Positions 1 to 8,547 of a stretch of DNA of 14,706 bases are shown piece by piece (within the stretch, counting starts at the first letter, position 1; each line of letters begins with the position of its first letter). Below the pieces are notes generated by a model that saw nothing but the letters and a program-made list of their open reading frames with translations, was not told the DNA's origin and did not search any database. The stretch is from Candidatus Wukongarchaeum yapensis (GTDB taxonomy: Archaea; Asgardarchaeota; Wukongarchaeia; Wukongarchaeales; Wukongarchaeaceae). Location of the stretch: positions 1 through 14,706 of the forward strand of contig JAEOSI010000032.1 of assembly GCA_016840425.1 (NCBI GenBank). Reading direction: 5' to 3'. Position numbers and translations under genes: made by a program.

Positions 1-171
1 ATAGGCTTTCAAACGAATAAAAAAAGAAAAACTAAAAACAACCCGTTTTCCAAGCAGAAAAAAAGAAACAAAGAGATTAAAAAAGAGCAAAAAACGAGAA
101 AAAAATCAAAAAAACAAGAAATAAAAGAAACCCATAATCCACCCGCAAAAAATCATGTAAAACGAAAACAC
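1..171 (+). repeat. Left terminal inverted repeat (A/C-rich, non-coding)
   Basis: Base-by-base comparison: 1-144 is the exact reverse complement of 14563-14706. Identity continues to 171/14536 with mismatches only at 145, 153 and 158. Confidence 0.98.
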
Positions 172-317
172 CCTCCCAAAAACAAAAATAAACGCATTAT
201 AAGAAAGGTATCAAAATCAAAAACCCGTTTTCCACACAGAAAAACGAGAAAAACAAGCGGAAAAAGAAGAAAAACCACAAAAACAAGAACCTTGTTAAAA
301 TTTGTAAGATATTTTTT

Positions 318-908
318 TCACTTCTTTTTTGGGGTTTTTTCTGCCCGTTTTTCTTTATAGCTTCCCCATGCCCCAATTATAAATATTGCTAAAATAAACC
401 CTGCAATGCCGATTATAGCCGCTGTAAGTAAAGGCGTTCCTTTCTTAGGGGGCGTTCTAACAGTTAGAGTGGCATTACCTGATTCTTCAAAATTCGCTGT
501 TCTAAACCCGATAACTACGATGTATGTGCCAGGTTCAAGTTCTATTTCTCCTGTTATCACGTCTGTTTTTGTCATGTTTGGCGGCACCCTTCTAGTAAAC
601 TCATCAAAAGATTTTGTGTCATTCCACGCGGTAACATTGTCCTCAGGGCTTGCATATACATACACAAACATTTCCGAAAGCTGAATAGTAGCGCTTGTGT
701 TCGTATTTTCAATACTTGCCCAAAACTCAACACTATCCCCCGAATCTATCTCATCAGGTATAACCATTAAAGCATAAACCGAGGATCTACTATTATCTGC
801 CTTTAATTTAGGCACGTTATAAGTGCTTAAAAACATTATAACGATAAGAATGAAGACAAATATTTCTACCTTATTTTTTCCACGTTTTTTCTTACGCGTG
901 CCTTTCAA
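318..908 (-). CDS. Secreted, membrane-anchored surface glycoprotein with an Ig-like/CARDB-like ectodomain (hypothetical)
   Basis: 196 aa, TTG start. It has a basic N-terminus plus hydrophobic signal segment (IFVFILIVIMFL), a beta-strand-rich middle with five N-X-S/T sequons (NTS, NVT, NDT, NMT, NAT), a C-terminal TM helix (LLTAAIIGIAGFILAIFIIGAW) and a Lys-rich tail. The fold assignment is inference. Confidence 0.8.
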   Translation of the reverse strand: MKGTRKKKRGKNKVEIFVFILIVIMFLSTYNVPKLKADNSRSSVYALMVIPDEIDSGDSVEFWASIENTNTSATIQLSEMFVYVYASPEDNVTAWNDTKSFDEFTRRVPPNMTKTDVITGEIELEPGTYIVVIGFRTANFEESGNATLTVRTPPKKGTPLLTAAIIGIAGFILAIFIIGAWGSYKEKRAEKTPKKK

Positions 909-991
909 CCCCTTGATAAAAATATCTCGTCTATTAAAGAAAGAAGTGCCGAGGAGAATTATATAAAATATCCCCTCCCTTTTTGAAAAAT

Positions 992-1609
992 TTAAGCTTC
1001 CTCGAAAAGAATTTTAGCGATCTTTACCCTTAGATCCCTGCGATCACGTTCTAACCGTGCTTCAAACGTATTATCTATAACTATGCTCCCATCCTTCAAC
1101 TGAACTATTACACCACCTGCACAGTTAACATTCGCTTCCGAGAGAGAGACCGTTGTTTCATTCCCCGTCTCTTTCGCTATTACCTCGGCAAGCTGTCCTG
1201 CATTAATATCTTTAATATCCTCTTTTCTCGCCATTACTTTAAGCTCTCCTCCTCCCAATCCTATTCCACCCTCCACTATGAAATTCGCTAAAATCTCCTT
1301 ATAGTCAGACGTTCTAGCCAACTCTCTCAAGCTTTCCAAAGTTTCTTCAAAAGCCTTATCTATATGCTCCTCCATAGCCTTTAACTTCCGCATTTTCTCA
1401 GCCAATCTGATCTTTCCAAGAGACCGCCTCTTTTCCGCTTCTAATTCTCTCTCTCCCCGCGCTAAAATCTCTTGAGCCTCCTTTTGCGCTTTCTCCTCAG
1501 CTTTAGATAATATCTCTTCCACCTCAGCCTTAGCCTTTTCAATAAATTCTTCCGCCTCAGCCTTAGCATCGCTTAAAATACCCTCGCGCATTTTTTCTAA
1601 GACATCCAT
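992..1609 (-). CDS. atpE: A/V-type ATP synthase subunit E (peripheral stalk)
   Basis: 205 aa. The N-terminal long helix has 11-residue periodicity (AKAEAEEFIEK/AKAEVEEILSK), and the C-terminal motif GGVIV...IVIDNTFEARLER is typical of V/A-ATPase subunit E. Confidence 0.92.
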   Translation of the reverse strand: MDVLEKMREGILSDAKAEAEEFIEKAKAEVEEILSKAEEKAQKEAQEILARGERELEAEKRRSLGKIRLAEKMRKLKAMEEHIDKAFEETLESLRELARTSDYKEILANFIVEGGIGLGGGELKVMARKEDIKDINAGQLAEVIAKETGNETTVSLSEANVNCAGGVIVQLKDGSIVIDNTFEARLERDRRDLRVKIAKILFEEA

Positions 1610-1872
1610 CGAACTCAGTTTTATTACCCCGCAATATCTTTATTTAATTCACATCTCAATTTCTTTAATCGATTTTTAATAAAAGTTTTTTGCTTAATTT
1701 TTAAGACTTTATCTATTTTTATTTTGATCATTCTGTTTACTATTTAGCCCCTCCCTCAAAAACATAGCTTATTTTAGGGGGCAAAAATCTCCATAAAATA
1801 GACATGGAAATAGTTTAAACCTTAGTTAATTAAAAAACTTGTGTCTTTAAATAATAAAAAAGCAAGAAAATT

Positions 1873-2420
1873 ATGAGGAGAGAGACCTTGTCTAAAAGAA
1901 CGAATTCTAATAAGGAATCTCGCATCCAATCACTAATTAATAAGTTACACTATAATATATGGGTATTTGAGAGAAAGAGGTAGAAGCACTTGATGAACTA
2001 GGCTGGGAACCAAGAAATGACAAATAAAAGGCTCACTACCTAATAGCAAAAAAAGAGCTCATCCAAGACTTAAAATTTGATGCTATTTATGAAGGTGTAT
2101 TATGGGCTCTTTTTGAGATAGAAGAACCAGCAGTAGAACCCCTCATAGAAGCCCTAAAAGATGAAGATTGGAATGTTCGATGGGGAGCGGTTTTTTCTCT
2201 TGGAAAAATGGAGATAACGAAAGCTGTTGATCCACTGATCAAAACTTTAAAAGACGAAAATGAGCATGTTCGAAGTGAATCAATAGAAGCTCTTATTGAG
2301 ATAGGAAAACCAGCAGTAGAATCTTTGATAAAAGCCTTAAAAGACGAAAGCGGCCTTGTTCAAACATTAGCAAAGATAGCTTTAGAGAAGATAAAGATGA
2401 AAAAATTGAATATTAAATGA
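1873..2420 (+). pseudogene. Degraded PBS-lyase-like HEAT-repeat protein (frameshift plus nonsense codon)
   Basis: ATG 1873 frame (MRRETLSKRTNSNKESRIQSLINKLHYNIWVFERKR) stops at TAG 1981. A second frame from about 1971 reads EKEVEALDELGWEPRNDK*KAHYLIAKKE...PAVEPLIEALKDEDWNVRWGAVFSLGKM..., with in-frame TAA at 2025-2027, and continues into the listed ORF 2208-2420. AVEPLIxALKDExxxVR units are HEAT repeats. Confidence 0.85.
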
Positions 2421-2448
2421 ATTTTTCAAAGTTTTTGCTTGATTTCTT

Positions 2449-2490
2449 ATATAAGGTGTGAACCGATTAACTTAAAAACATATAAGGTGT
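2449..2490 (+). promoter_or_regulatory. Direct repeat ATATAAGGTGT x2 upstream of the homocitrate-synthase-like gene
   Basis: Exact 11-mer at 2449-2459 and 2480-2490, a 31-bp period (about 3 helical turns), in the intergenic region. A regulatory role is inferred. Confidence 0.4.
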
Positions 2491-2595
2491 AAGAATTAAA
2501 ATGTAAGGGTTTATTATTACAAAAGTAAAATTTTCATAATTATTATAAAACTAAAAATAGTATAAATGTAAAGGCAATCCGTTAGGTGTTTTCCG

Positions 2596-3783
2596 ATGAT
2601 GTTAAACATTGACCCAAAAATGTGTGACACCACCCTAAGAGACGGCCGCCAAATGCCTCATTGGTATCCTACGGTAGAAGAAAGCGTGGAAATCGCCCAC
2701 ATTCTAGACACAATTAGCGTGGAACAAATAGAAATTTTTTCTCCGCATTACAATCCTAAAGATAAAACCCTAGCCGAAAGACTGTATGATGAAGGCTTAA
2801 TAGACCGTATTATTTTCTGGCACAGAGCTCTAAAAGGAGATCTTGAAAAAACCTTGGACATGATCCCAGAAGTCAAAGCAGTAGCCCTATCAATGCCCAC
2901 CTCCAAAGTACACCTAAAAATCAAAATAAGAAGAACACCAAAAGAAGTCATCGAAACCGTAATCGAAACAATAGACTACGCAAAAGACCACGGTCTTTAC
3001 GTCTCAGTAAACGCAGAGGAAAGTACAGGAACCGAGCTTTACTACCTACTTCAATTCGCCAAAGCCGCAAAAGATCATAAAGCAGACAGAATAAGAATAT
3101 GCGACACACTAGGCCGCCTCACGCCTACACAAACCCACGAAACAATAAAAGTGATAAGAAAAGTAGCTCAAATTCCCATCGAATTTCACGCACATAACGA
3201 TATGGGATTAGCTGTAGCAAACACTCTAGCTGCTTTTGAAGAAGGGGCTGAATGGGCGAGCACTACCATCGCAGGTATAGGAGAAAGAGCAGGAAACGCC
3301 TCTTTAGAACAGCTTTTAATAGCTCTATACAAACAATATGGCATACACAAGTATAAAATCCAGCAATTAAAAAGAGCCTGTGATCTAGTAGTAAAAGCAG
3401 GATATGACATGGCAATAAACCACCCAGTAGTAGGCAGTAACATGTTTAAACACGAATCCGGTATTCACTTTGACGGAATAAGCAAATCGGTTGAGTGTTA
3501 TGAGCTTATAAGACCAGATGAAATAGGCGTTCAAGTTAATGGCATACTTGATAGAGACGTTGTCGGGGAAACAAGCGGTAGGGCCAACATATTGGCCATA
3601 TTAGCCTATTACGATAAACCTGTAGACAAAAACGATTCAATAGTGCAAGAAATGTTATCAGAAGTTCAAAGACATTTCCTTGAAGGAAGGAAAAAAGCGT
3701 TCTCAGCAGAAGAAGTGTTACAACTTTACAACAACTTCATAAAAAAGGAAACAAAGCCCTATGCTAAGAAACTTTCAGTATAA
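2596..3783 (+). CDS. DRE-TIM metallolyase, homocitrate/isopropylmalate/citramalate synthase family (NifV/AksA-like, no regulatory domain)
   Basis: Motifs DTTLRDGxQ, EFHAHNDMGLAVANTLAA, GIGERAGNA and HESGIH. The 395-aa length fits an enzyme without the LeuA regulatory domain. AGGTG RBS at 2584-2588. Substrate cannot be assigned from the sequence. Confidence 0.9.
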   Translation: MMLNIDPKMCDTTLRDGRQMPHWYPTVEESVEIAHILDTISVEQIEIFSPHYNPKDKTLAERLYDEGLIDRIIFWHRALKGDLEKTLDMIPEVKAVALSMPTSKVHLKIKIRRTPKEVIETVIETIDYAKDHGLYVSVNAEESTGTELYYLLQFAKAAKDHKADRIRICDTLGRLTPTQTHETIKVIRKVAQIPIEFHAHNDMGLAVANTLAAFEEGAEWASTTIAGIGERAGNASLEQLLIALYKQYGIHKYKIQQLKRACDLVVKAGYDMAINHPVVGSNMFKHESGIHFDGISKSVECYELIRPDEIGVQVNGILDRDVVGETSGRANILAILAYYDKPVDKNDSIVQEMLSEVQRHFLEGRKKAFSAEEVLQLYNNFIKKETKPYAKKLSV

Positions 3784-3841
3784 TGCCTTATTTTTAATTA
3801 TTTATCTATTCCATCTTTTACTTCTTTTTTTACTGCTTTTT

Positions 3842-5098
3842 TCAGCGGGATTGCATAAACTCTTCCAGTCTGTTGAAGGCTTCTTCAAGGATTTCTATGG
3901 GTGGAAGGAAAACTGTGCGAAAGTGATTTTTGCCGTATTTTTTCCCAAATCCTGAACCGTGCACAAATAATACTTGTTTCTCTTTAAGGATTTTGAGAAC
4001 GAACTCTTTATCGGTTTTAGCACCTTTTAAATCATGTATATGCGGGAAAGCGTAAAAGGCACCTCTAGGCTCGACGCAAGAGATTCCTTCTATTTCGTTT
4101 AAGCGTTTTGTCGTGTAATCTCTTCTTTTTCTTAACTTTGAGACCATTTCTTGAACAAAGTCATGGGGCCCATCACAAGCAGCCACGCAAGCCTTTTGTA
4201 GGGGAGTGCAAGCGCTCAATCTAGCACGGGCAACCTTCAAAATTCCTTCCCAAATTTCTCCCATGAGATCTGGGGGATCGTGTAAATAAATGTAAGCCAT
4301 ACGCCAGCCAGGGGCAAGATAAACCTTACTAAAACCGTTTAAACCTAAAACAGGAACATCCTTTGAAAGACTCGCGGTGCTTGTTCTTTGTTCCTCATAA
4401 ACTATTAAATCGTAGATTTCGTCGCTTAGAACTAGGAGGTTGTATTCTCCTGCGATATCGATCATTTTTTTCATTGTTTTTTTGTCATATAGGGCTCCTG
4501 TAGGGTTGTTAGGGTTGATGATCAAAAGAGCTTTTGTTTTTTCGGTAATTTTTTTCCTTAAATCGTCTATTTCTGGTTGCCATGCGTTTTCTTCATCACA
4601 AGAGTAGGGGATAGGGATCCCGTCCATGTACCTTGTAAAAGCTTCATAAGGGCTGTAAGTGGGTCCCGGAACCAAAATTTCTTCTCCAGGATTTAGTAGG
4701 GCCGAGACCACGAATATTATTCCTTCGCTTACGCCAGAAGTAGCAACTATTTTTTCAGGGTCTATTTCAACGTTATTAACCTTTTTTTCACGGCGGGCTA
4801 CAGCTTCTTTAAACTCGGGTAATCCTTCTGCTGGGGCATAAAAGTTATATCGGCTCTCGACAGCTTCTCGTAAAGCTTTTCTTATGTGTGGCGGTGTGTC
4901 AAAATCAAATTTATTAGGGTCTCCGATATTTAATTTTAAAACTTCTTTTCCCGTTTTTTCTATTTCGCGCGCATGGAGAACAACTTCTCGAAGGGCAACA
5001 ACGCAATTATTTACGCGTTTTGCAGGTTTAAAAATGCGTTTTAGTTCCGTCAATTTTGCAGGTTTTAAAAAGTATTCTAGTTCCGTCAAAAGACCCAC
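3842..5098 (-). CDS. PLP-dependent aminotransferase class I/II (archaeal alanine aminotransferase-like)
   Basis: Motifs LNIGDP, NPNNPTGA, SDEIYD, GFSKVYLAPGWRMAY (PLP lysine), PRGAFY and HGSGFG. The true start may be TTG 5089 because AGGTG (5100-5096) then sits at RBS distance. Confidence 0.93.
   Translation of the reverse strand: MGLLTELEYFLKPAKLTELKRIFKPAKRVNNCVVALREVVLHAREIEKTGKEVLKLNIGDPNKFDFDTPPHIRKALREAVESRYNFYAPAEGLPEFKEAVARREKKVNNVEIDPEKIVATSGVSEGIIFVVSALLNPGEEILVPGPTYSPYEAFTRYMDGIPIPYSCDEENAWQPEIDDLRKKITEKTKALLIINPNNPTGALYDKKTMKKMIDIAGEYNLLVLSDEIYDLIVYEEQRTSTASLSKDVPVLGLNGFSKVYLAPGWRMAYIYLHDPPDLMGEIWEGILKVARARLSACTPLQKACVAACDGPHDFVQEMVSKLRKRRDYTTKRLNEIEGISCVEPRGAFYAFPHIHDLKGAKTDKEFVLKILKEKQVLFVHGSGFGKKYGKNHFRTVFLPPIEILEEAFNRLEEFMQSR
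5018..5089. repeat. 36-bp tandem duplication at the 5' end of the aminotransferase gene
   Basis: 5018-5053 and 5054-5089 match at 31/36 nt and encode LTELKRIFKPAK and LTELEYFLKPAK on the minus strand. Confidence 0.9.
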
Positions 5099-5485
5099 CT
5101 AAGATGTGTGTAGTTTAATAACTTTTAAACAGTTGATTTATTAATCTATCTGTTAAAATGTTTCAGTTTTTATTTTATGTTTTATGGCTGTTAAACAGAA
5201 TTTATAAGATATGTCAGCGGATAAAAATAGGAAATACAAATAAGGATTAGGCCAACAATTTAAGTTTATGTAAATAGTTTAGTTTTCATATATTAATTTG
5301 ATGCTCCATCATTTGGACCAATATTTACGATTTTTAATTTATATGTAGCGATTTAAGCCCTACTAGTATGCTGGGGATTGAATATTTAATCGATCAATTA
5401 GAAACTGTTTCTCCTATGAAAAACCAATAGTTAAGCATACAATGTTGCCGCTTTCATTATGATTAAATTTAGAGGAGGAGTTTCC

Positions 5486-6541
5486 ATGATGCAAAATGGA
5501 ATATGCGGAATTGTCGGATACGGGTCCTATATACCTCGATTCAGGATAAAAATTGAGGAAATTGCTAAAGTCTGGGGAAAAGACGGTTCAAGAATCGCCA
5601 AGGGACTGGGGGTTGTGGAAAAATCAGTTCCCGACATGGATGAAGACACCATAACCATAGCAGTTGAGGCAGCAAAAAACGCTTTAAAGGTTGCTGAAAT
5701 CGATCCTAGTGAAATAAACGCCATTTACACGGGGTCAGAATCACATCCCTACACGGTAAAACCTACCGCATCAACCGTAGCAGAAGCCTTAGGCGCGGTA
5801 CCTTGCGTAACTTGTGCGGACTTAGAATTTGCTTGTAAAGCAGGTACCGCAGGAATCCAGATGTGCATGGGTTTAGTGGCGTCTGATGAAATAAAATATG
5901 GAATGAGCATCGGCGCAGACTGCGCCCAAGGAAAACCAGGAGACGCTTTAGAATACACGGCGAGTGCAGGAGGAGCAGCATATATAATCGGAAAAAACGG
6001 CTGCGTGGCAAAAATTGAAGGCACTTTTTCCTTTACGACCGATACCCCCGACTTTTGGAGACGAGACGGGGCAGAATTTCCATGCCATGCAGCAAGATTT
6101 ACCGGTGAACCAGCATATTTCAAGCACGTAATAGGCGGTGCACAAGGACTGATGGACAAGCTGGGGACAACAATAAACGATTATGACTACTTTGTGTTTC
6201 ATCAACCAAACGCGAAGTTTCCCTTGCGTACAGCAATTTCACTACAAATACCTACTGAAAAACTGAAAGAAGGTTTGGTTGTTCGACATATAGGGAATAG
6301 TTATTCTGGGAGCTCACTTCTTGGATTGGCCCGTATTTTAGATATAGCAAATCCTGGGGAGAGGATACTGGTTACTTCTTACGGTTCAGGTGCGGGAAGC
6401 GATGCTTTCAGTTTAATCACGACGGACTTATTACCAGAGAAGAGGAAAAATGCACCGAATGTTGATGATTATATTCGGTTGAAAGAGTATGTGAGTTATG
6501 CGCTTTACGCTAAGCATAGAAGCAAGATTCGAGGAATATAA
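5486..6541 (+). CDS. mvaS: Hydroxymethylglutaryl-CoA synthase (archaeal type)
   Basis: GSESHPY (catalytic Glu), EFACKAGT (catalytic Cys), FHQPN (His), GNSYSG and SYGSGAGSD. Start moved from 5459 to ATG 5486, which follows GGAGGAG at 5474-5480. Confidence 0.95.
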   Translation: MMQNGICGIVGYGSYIPRFRIKIEEIAKVWGKDGSRIAKGLGVVEKSVPDMDEDTITIAVEAAKNALKVAEIDPSEINAIYTGSESHPYTVKPTASTVAEALGAVPCVTCADLEFACKAGTAGIQMCMGLVASDEIKYGMSIGADCAQGKPGDALEYTASAGGAAYIIGKNGCVAKIEGTFSFTTDTPDFWRRDGAEFPCHAARFTGEPAYFKHVIGGAQGLMDKLGTTINDYDYFVFHQPNAKFPLRTAISLQIPTEKLKEGLVVRHIGNSYSGSSLLGLARILDIANPGERILVTSYGSGAGSDAFSLITTDLLPEKRKNAPNVDDYIRLKEYVSYALYAKHRSKIRGI

Positions 6542-6561
6542 AGAAGGCAAGGGTGTTTTTT

Positions 6562-7722
6562 ATGCGTAATGTAGCGGTGATAGGCGTCGGGATGACGAAA
6601 TTCGGAGAGTTATGGGATTATAGTTTACGGCAAATCTTTACGATGGCTGCAATAGAAGCCCTTGAAGATGCGGGGTGCAGTAATAGGGACATTGAAGCGT
6701 TTTATGTGGGAAACATGAGTGCTGGTCTTTTTATAGGCCAGGAGCATTTGGGTGCTTTATTAGCCGATAATGCGGGTTTAAAGAACATACCTGCAATGCG
6801 AGTTGAAGGCGCTTGTGCAAGCGGCGGCCTTGCCCTTAGAGAAGCATATTTGACCATAAAAGCTGGTGAATATGACTTGGTCATGGTTGGGGGAATAGAG
6901 AAAATGAGCGATTCACCTTGTACTGAAGATGTGACAACCACTTTAGGAGCCGCGGCAGATCAAGAATGGGAAACTTTTGTTGGGTTGACTTTTCCTGGGG
7001 CTTACGCCCTGATAGCAAAGGCTCACATGGAACGGTATGGAACTACTAAGGAACAGCTGGCTATGGTGGCTGTGAAAAACCATAAAAATGGGAAAAATAA
7101 TCCTAAGGCTCAGTTTAGACGGGAAATTACGATAGAGCAAGTGTTGGCTTCTGGAATAGTGGCAGACCCTCTTTCATTGCTTGACTGTTCCCCCATATCT
7201 GATGGAGGTGCGGCGGTGATTCTTGCGAGCGAGGATATGGCGAAAAAGTTCTCAGATACTCCCGTATGGATCTTGGGTTCTGGTCAAGCGTCAGATACTC
7301 TCGCCCTTCATGATCGTGAAGATTTAACTAGCTTAAAAGCTACAAGACTTGCAGCTGAAAAGGCGTATACTGCAGCTAATATGGGGCCAAAAGACGTGAA
7401 TTTTGCAGAAGTTCATGATTGTTTCACTATAGCCGAAATAGTCGCGACTGAGGATTTAGGATTTTTCCACCCAGGTGGGGGAGGAAAAGCTGTAGAGGAA
7501 GGTTTAACAGAGGTCGATGGAAAGATCCCTATAAATCCTTCAGGAGGTCTAAAAGCAAAGGGTCATCCTGTAGGGGCTACAGGTGTGGCGCAAGTTGTAT
7601 CAGTGGTAGAACAGCTTCGAGGAGAGGCTCATAAAAGGCAAGTAAACCGGGCTGAGACCGCGTTAACTCATAATGTAGGTGGAAGTGGCGCTACAGCGGT
7701 AGTTCACATATTTTCAAGATGA
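6562..7722 (+). CDS. Acetyl-CoA acetyltransferase (acetoacetyl-CoA thiolase, archaeal SCP2-like type)
   Basis: EGACASGG (catalytic Cys), EVHDCF, GHPVGATG and HNVGG. It lies directly after HMG-CoA synthase. ATG 6562 follows GGGTG at 6551-6555 (alternative GTG 6553). Confidence 0.95.
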   Translation: MRNVAVIGVGMTKFGELWDYSLRQIFTMAAIEALEDAGCSNRDIEAFYVGNMSAGLFIGQEHLGALLADNAGLKNIPAMRVEGACASGGLALREAYLTIKAGEYDLVMVGGIEKMSDSPCTEDVTTTLGAAADQEWETFVGLTFPGAYALIAKAHMERYGTTKEQLAMVAVKNHKNGKNNPKAQFRREITIEQVLASGIVADPLSLLDCSPISDGGAAVILASEDMAKKFSDTPVWILGSGQASDTLALHDREDLTSLKATRLAAEKAYTAANMGPKDVNFAEVHDCFTIAEIVATEDLGFFHPGGGGKAVEEGLTEVDGKIPINPSGGLKAKGHPVGATGVAQVVSVVEQLRGEAHKRQVNRAETALTHNVGGSGATAVVHIFSR

Positions 7723-7779
7723 GAATTAAAACTAATATTTAATTAACAATTTAAGTTTTTTAAAGGAGGAAACTGTTAA

Positions 7780-8214
7780 ATGGCCCATCTAGAAAGCGTG
7801 CCTATGTTCTGGAGAAGGATGAAATCTTTATACAGTTTGATAGGCGTAGAATGCCTCAATTGTGGTAAAAAATATTTTCCCCCAAGGTTGATATGTCCTG
7901 AATGTGGCGGAAAAGAGATGAAAGACTACAGGTTTAAAGGCACGGGAAAAGTTGTAAGTTATTCCATAATCGATGTACCGCCAAAAGGCTTAAAGTACCA
8001 GACACCTTACGGATTAGCTATTGTGGAACTAGATGAAGGCGTAAGAGTCACCGGTCAGTTAGTCGGTTGTAATCTTGGGGAAATAAAAGCAGGAATGAGA
8101 GTTGAGACAACCTTTAGAAAAATAATTGCAGTAAATAAAAACGGCGTTATACAGTATGGTTATAAATTCAGGCCAGAAGGATATCCAAGAATCAATAATG
8201 GAGAAAAAAAATAG
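7780..8214 (+). CDS. DUF35 Zn-ribbon/OB-fold protein (scaffold of the thiolase/HMGCS complex)
   Basis: CxxC...CxxC (CLNC, CPEC), G-V-SYS, PY.LAIVELDEG.RVTGQL and I.AGMRVE..FRK. It is the third gene of the canonical archaeal HMGCS-thiolase-DUF35 cluster. GGAGGA RBS at 7765-7770. Confidence 0.93.
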   Translation: MAHLESVPMFWRRMKSLYSLIGVECLNCGKKYFPPRLICPECGGKEMKDYRFKGTGKVVSYSIIDVPPKGLKYQTPYGLAIVELDEGVRVTGQLVGCNLGEIKAGMRVETTFRKIIAVNKNGVIQYGYKFRPEGYPRINNGEKK

Positions 8215-8406
8215 AAAAACATTAATACTCTTATTTGTCCCCATTTTTTACCTTTTTCCCATCTTCTTAATGGCTTATTAATAGCTTTGTATAGAATAAA
8301 TTTTAAAAGTGATGGAAATAATTTTAAAATCAAAAAATATCTCAGTTAGGAAATGCTAAAGATTTTATAAAAGTAAGTTAATAATAAGGATTATGGAGGA
8401 GATGAT

Positions 8407-8547
8407 GTGCCATTAACTTGCCCTAAGTGTGGAAGCAAAAACTTAAAGACTGAGACTGACAAGAGTAAACCCCTAACCTATAGTGGACACGTACCAGTAT
8501 TCCATAAGGTATATGTGTGTAAGGATTGTGGAAACAGGTTTGAATAA
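8407..8547 (+). CDS. Small zinc-ribbon protein, 46 aa (not in the supplied ORF track)
   Basis: GTG 8407 follows GGAGGAG (8395-8401). Translation MPLTCPKCGSKNLKTETDKSKPLTYSGHVPVFHKVYVCKDCGNRFE* has CPKC and CKDC pairs, with TAA at 8545-8547. Confidence 0.85.
   Translation: MPLTCPKCGSKNLKTETDKSKPLTYSGHVPVFHKVYVCKDCGNRFE

Noticed and set aside
1-360. Stop-free + frame from base 1 to TAG 358-360 (Lys-rich, IGFQTNKKRKTKNNPF...)
   Set aside because: T-poor DNA rarely makes stop codons. The same frame in the right-hand repeat copy stops after about 65 codons, and the end overlaps the real gene at 318-908.
1480-1575. 33-bp periodic CCTCAGC(C/T)TTAG repeats in atpE
   Set aside because: They reflect the known 11-residue periodicity of the subunit E stalk helix, not a separate DNA element.
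5368-5430. 20-codon ORF (MLGIEYLIDQLETVSPMKNQ) upstream of HMG-CoA synthase as a possible leader peptide
   Set aside because: No RBS or informative composition, and such a length is expected by chance.
5486-8214. HMGCS-thiolase-DUF35 cluster as a novel system
   Set aside because: It is the well-known archaeal acetoacetyl-CoA channelling complex of the mevalonate pathway.
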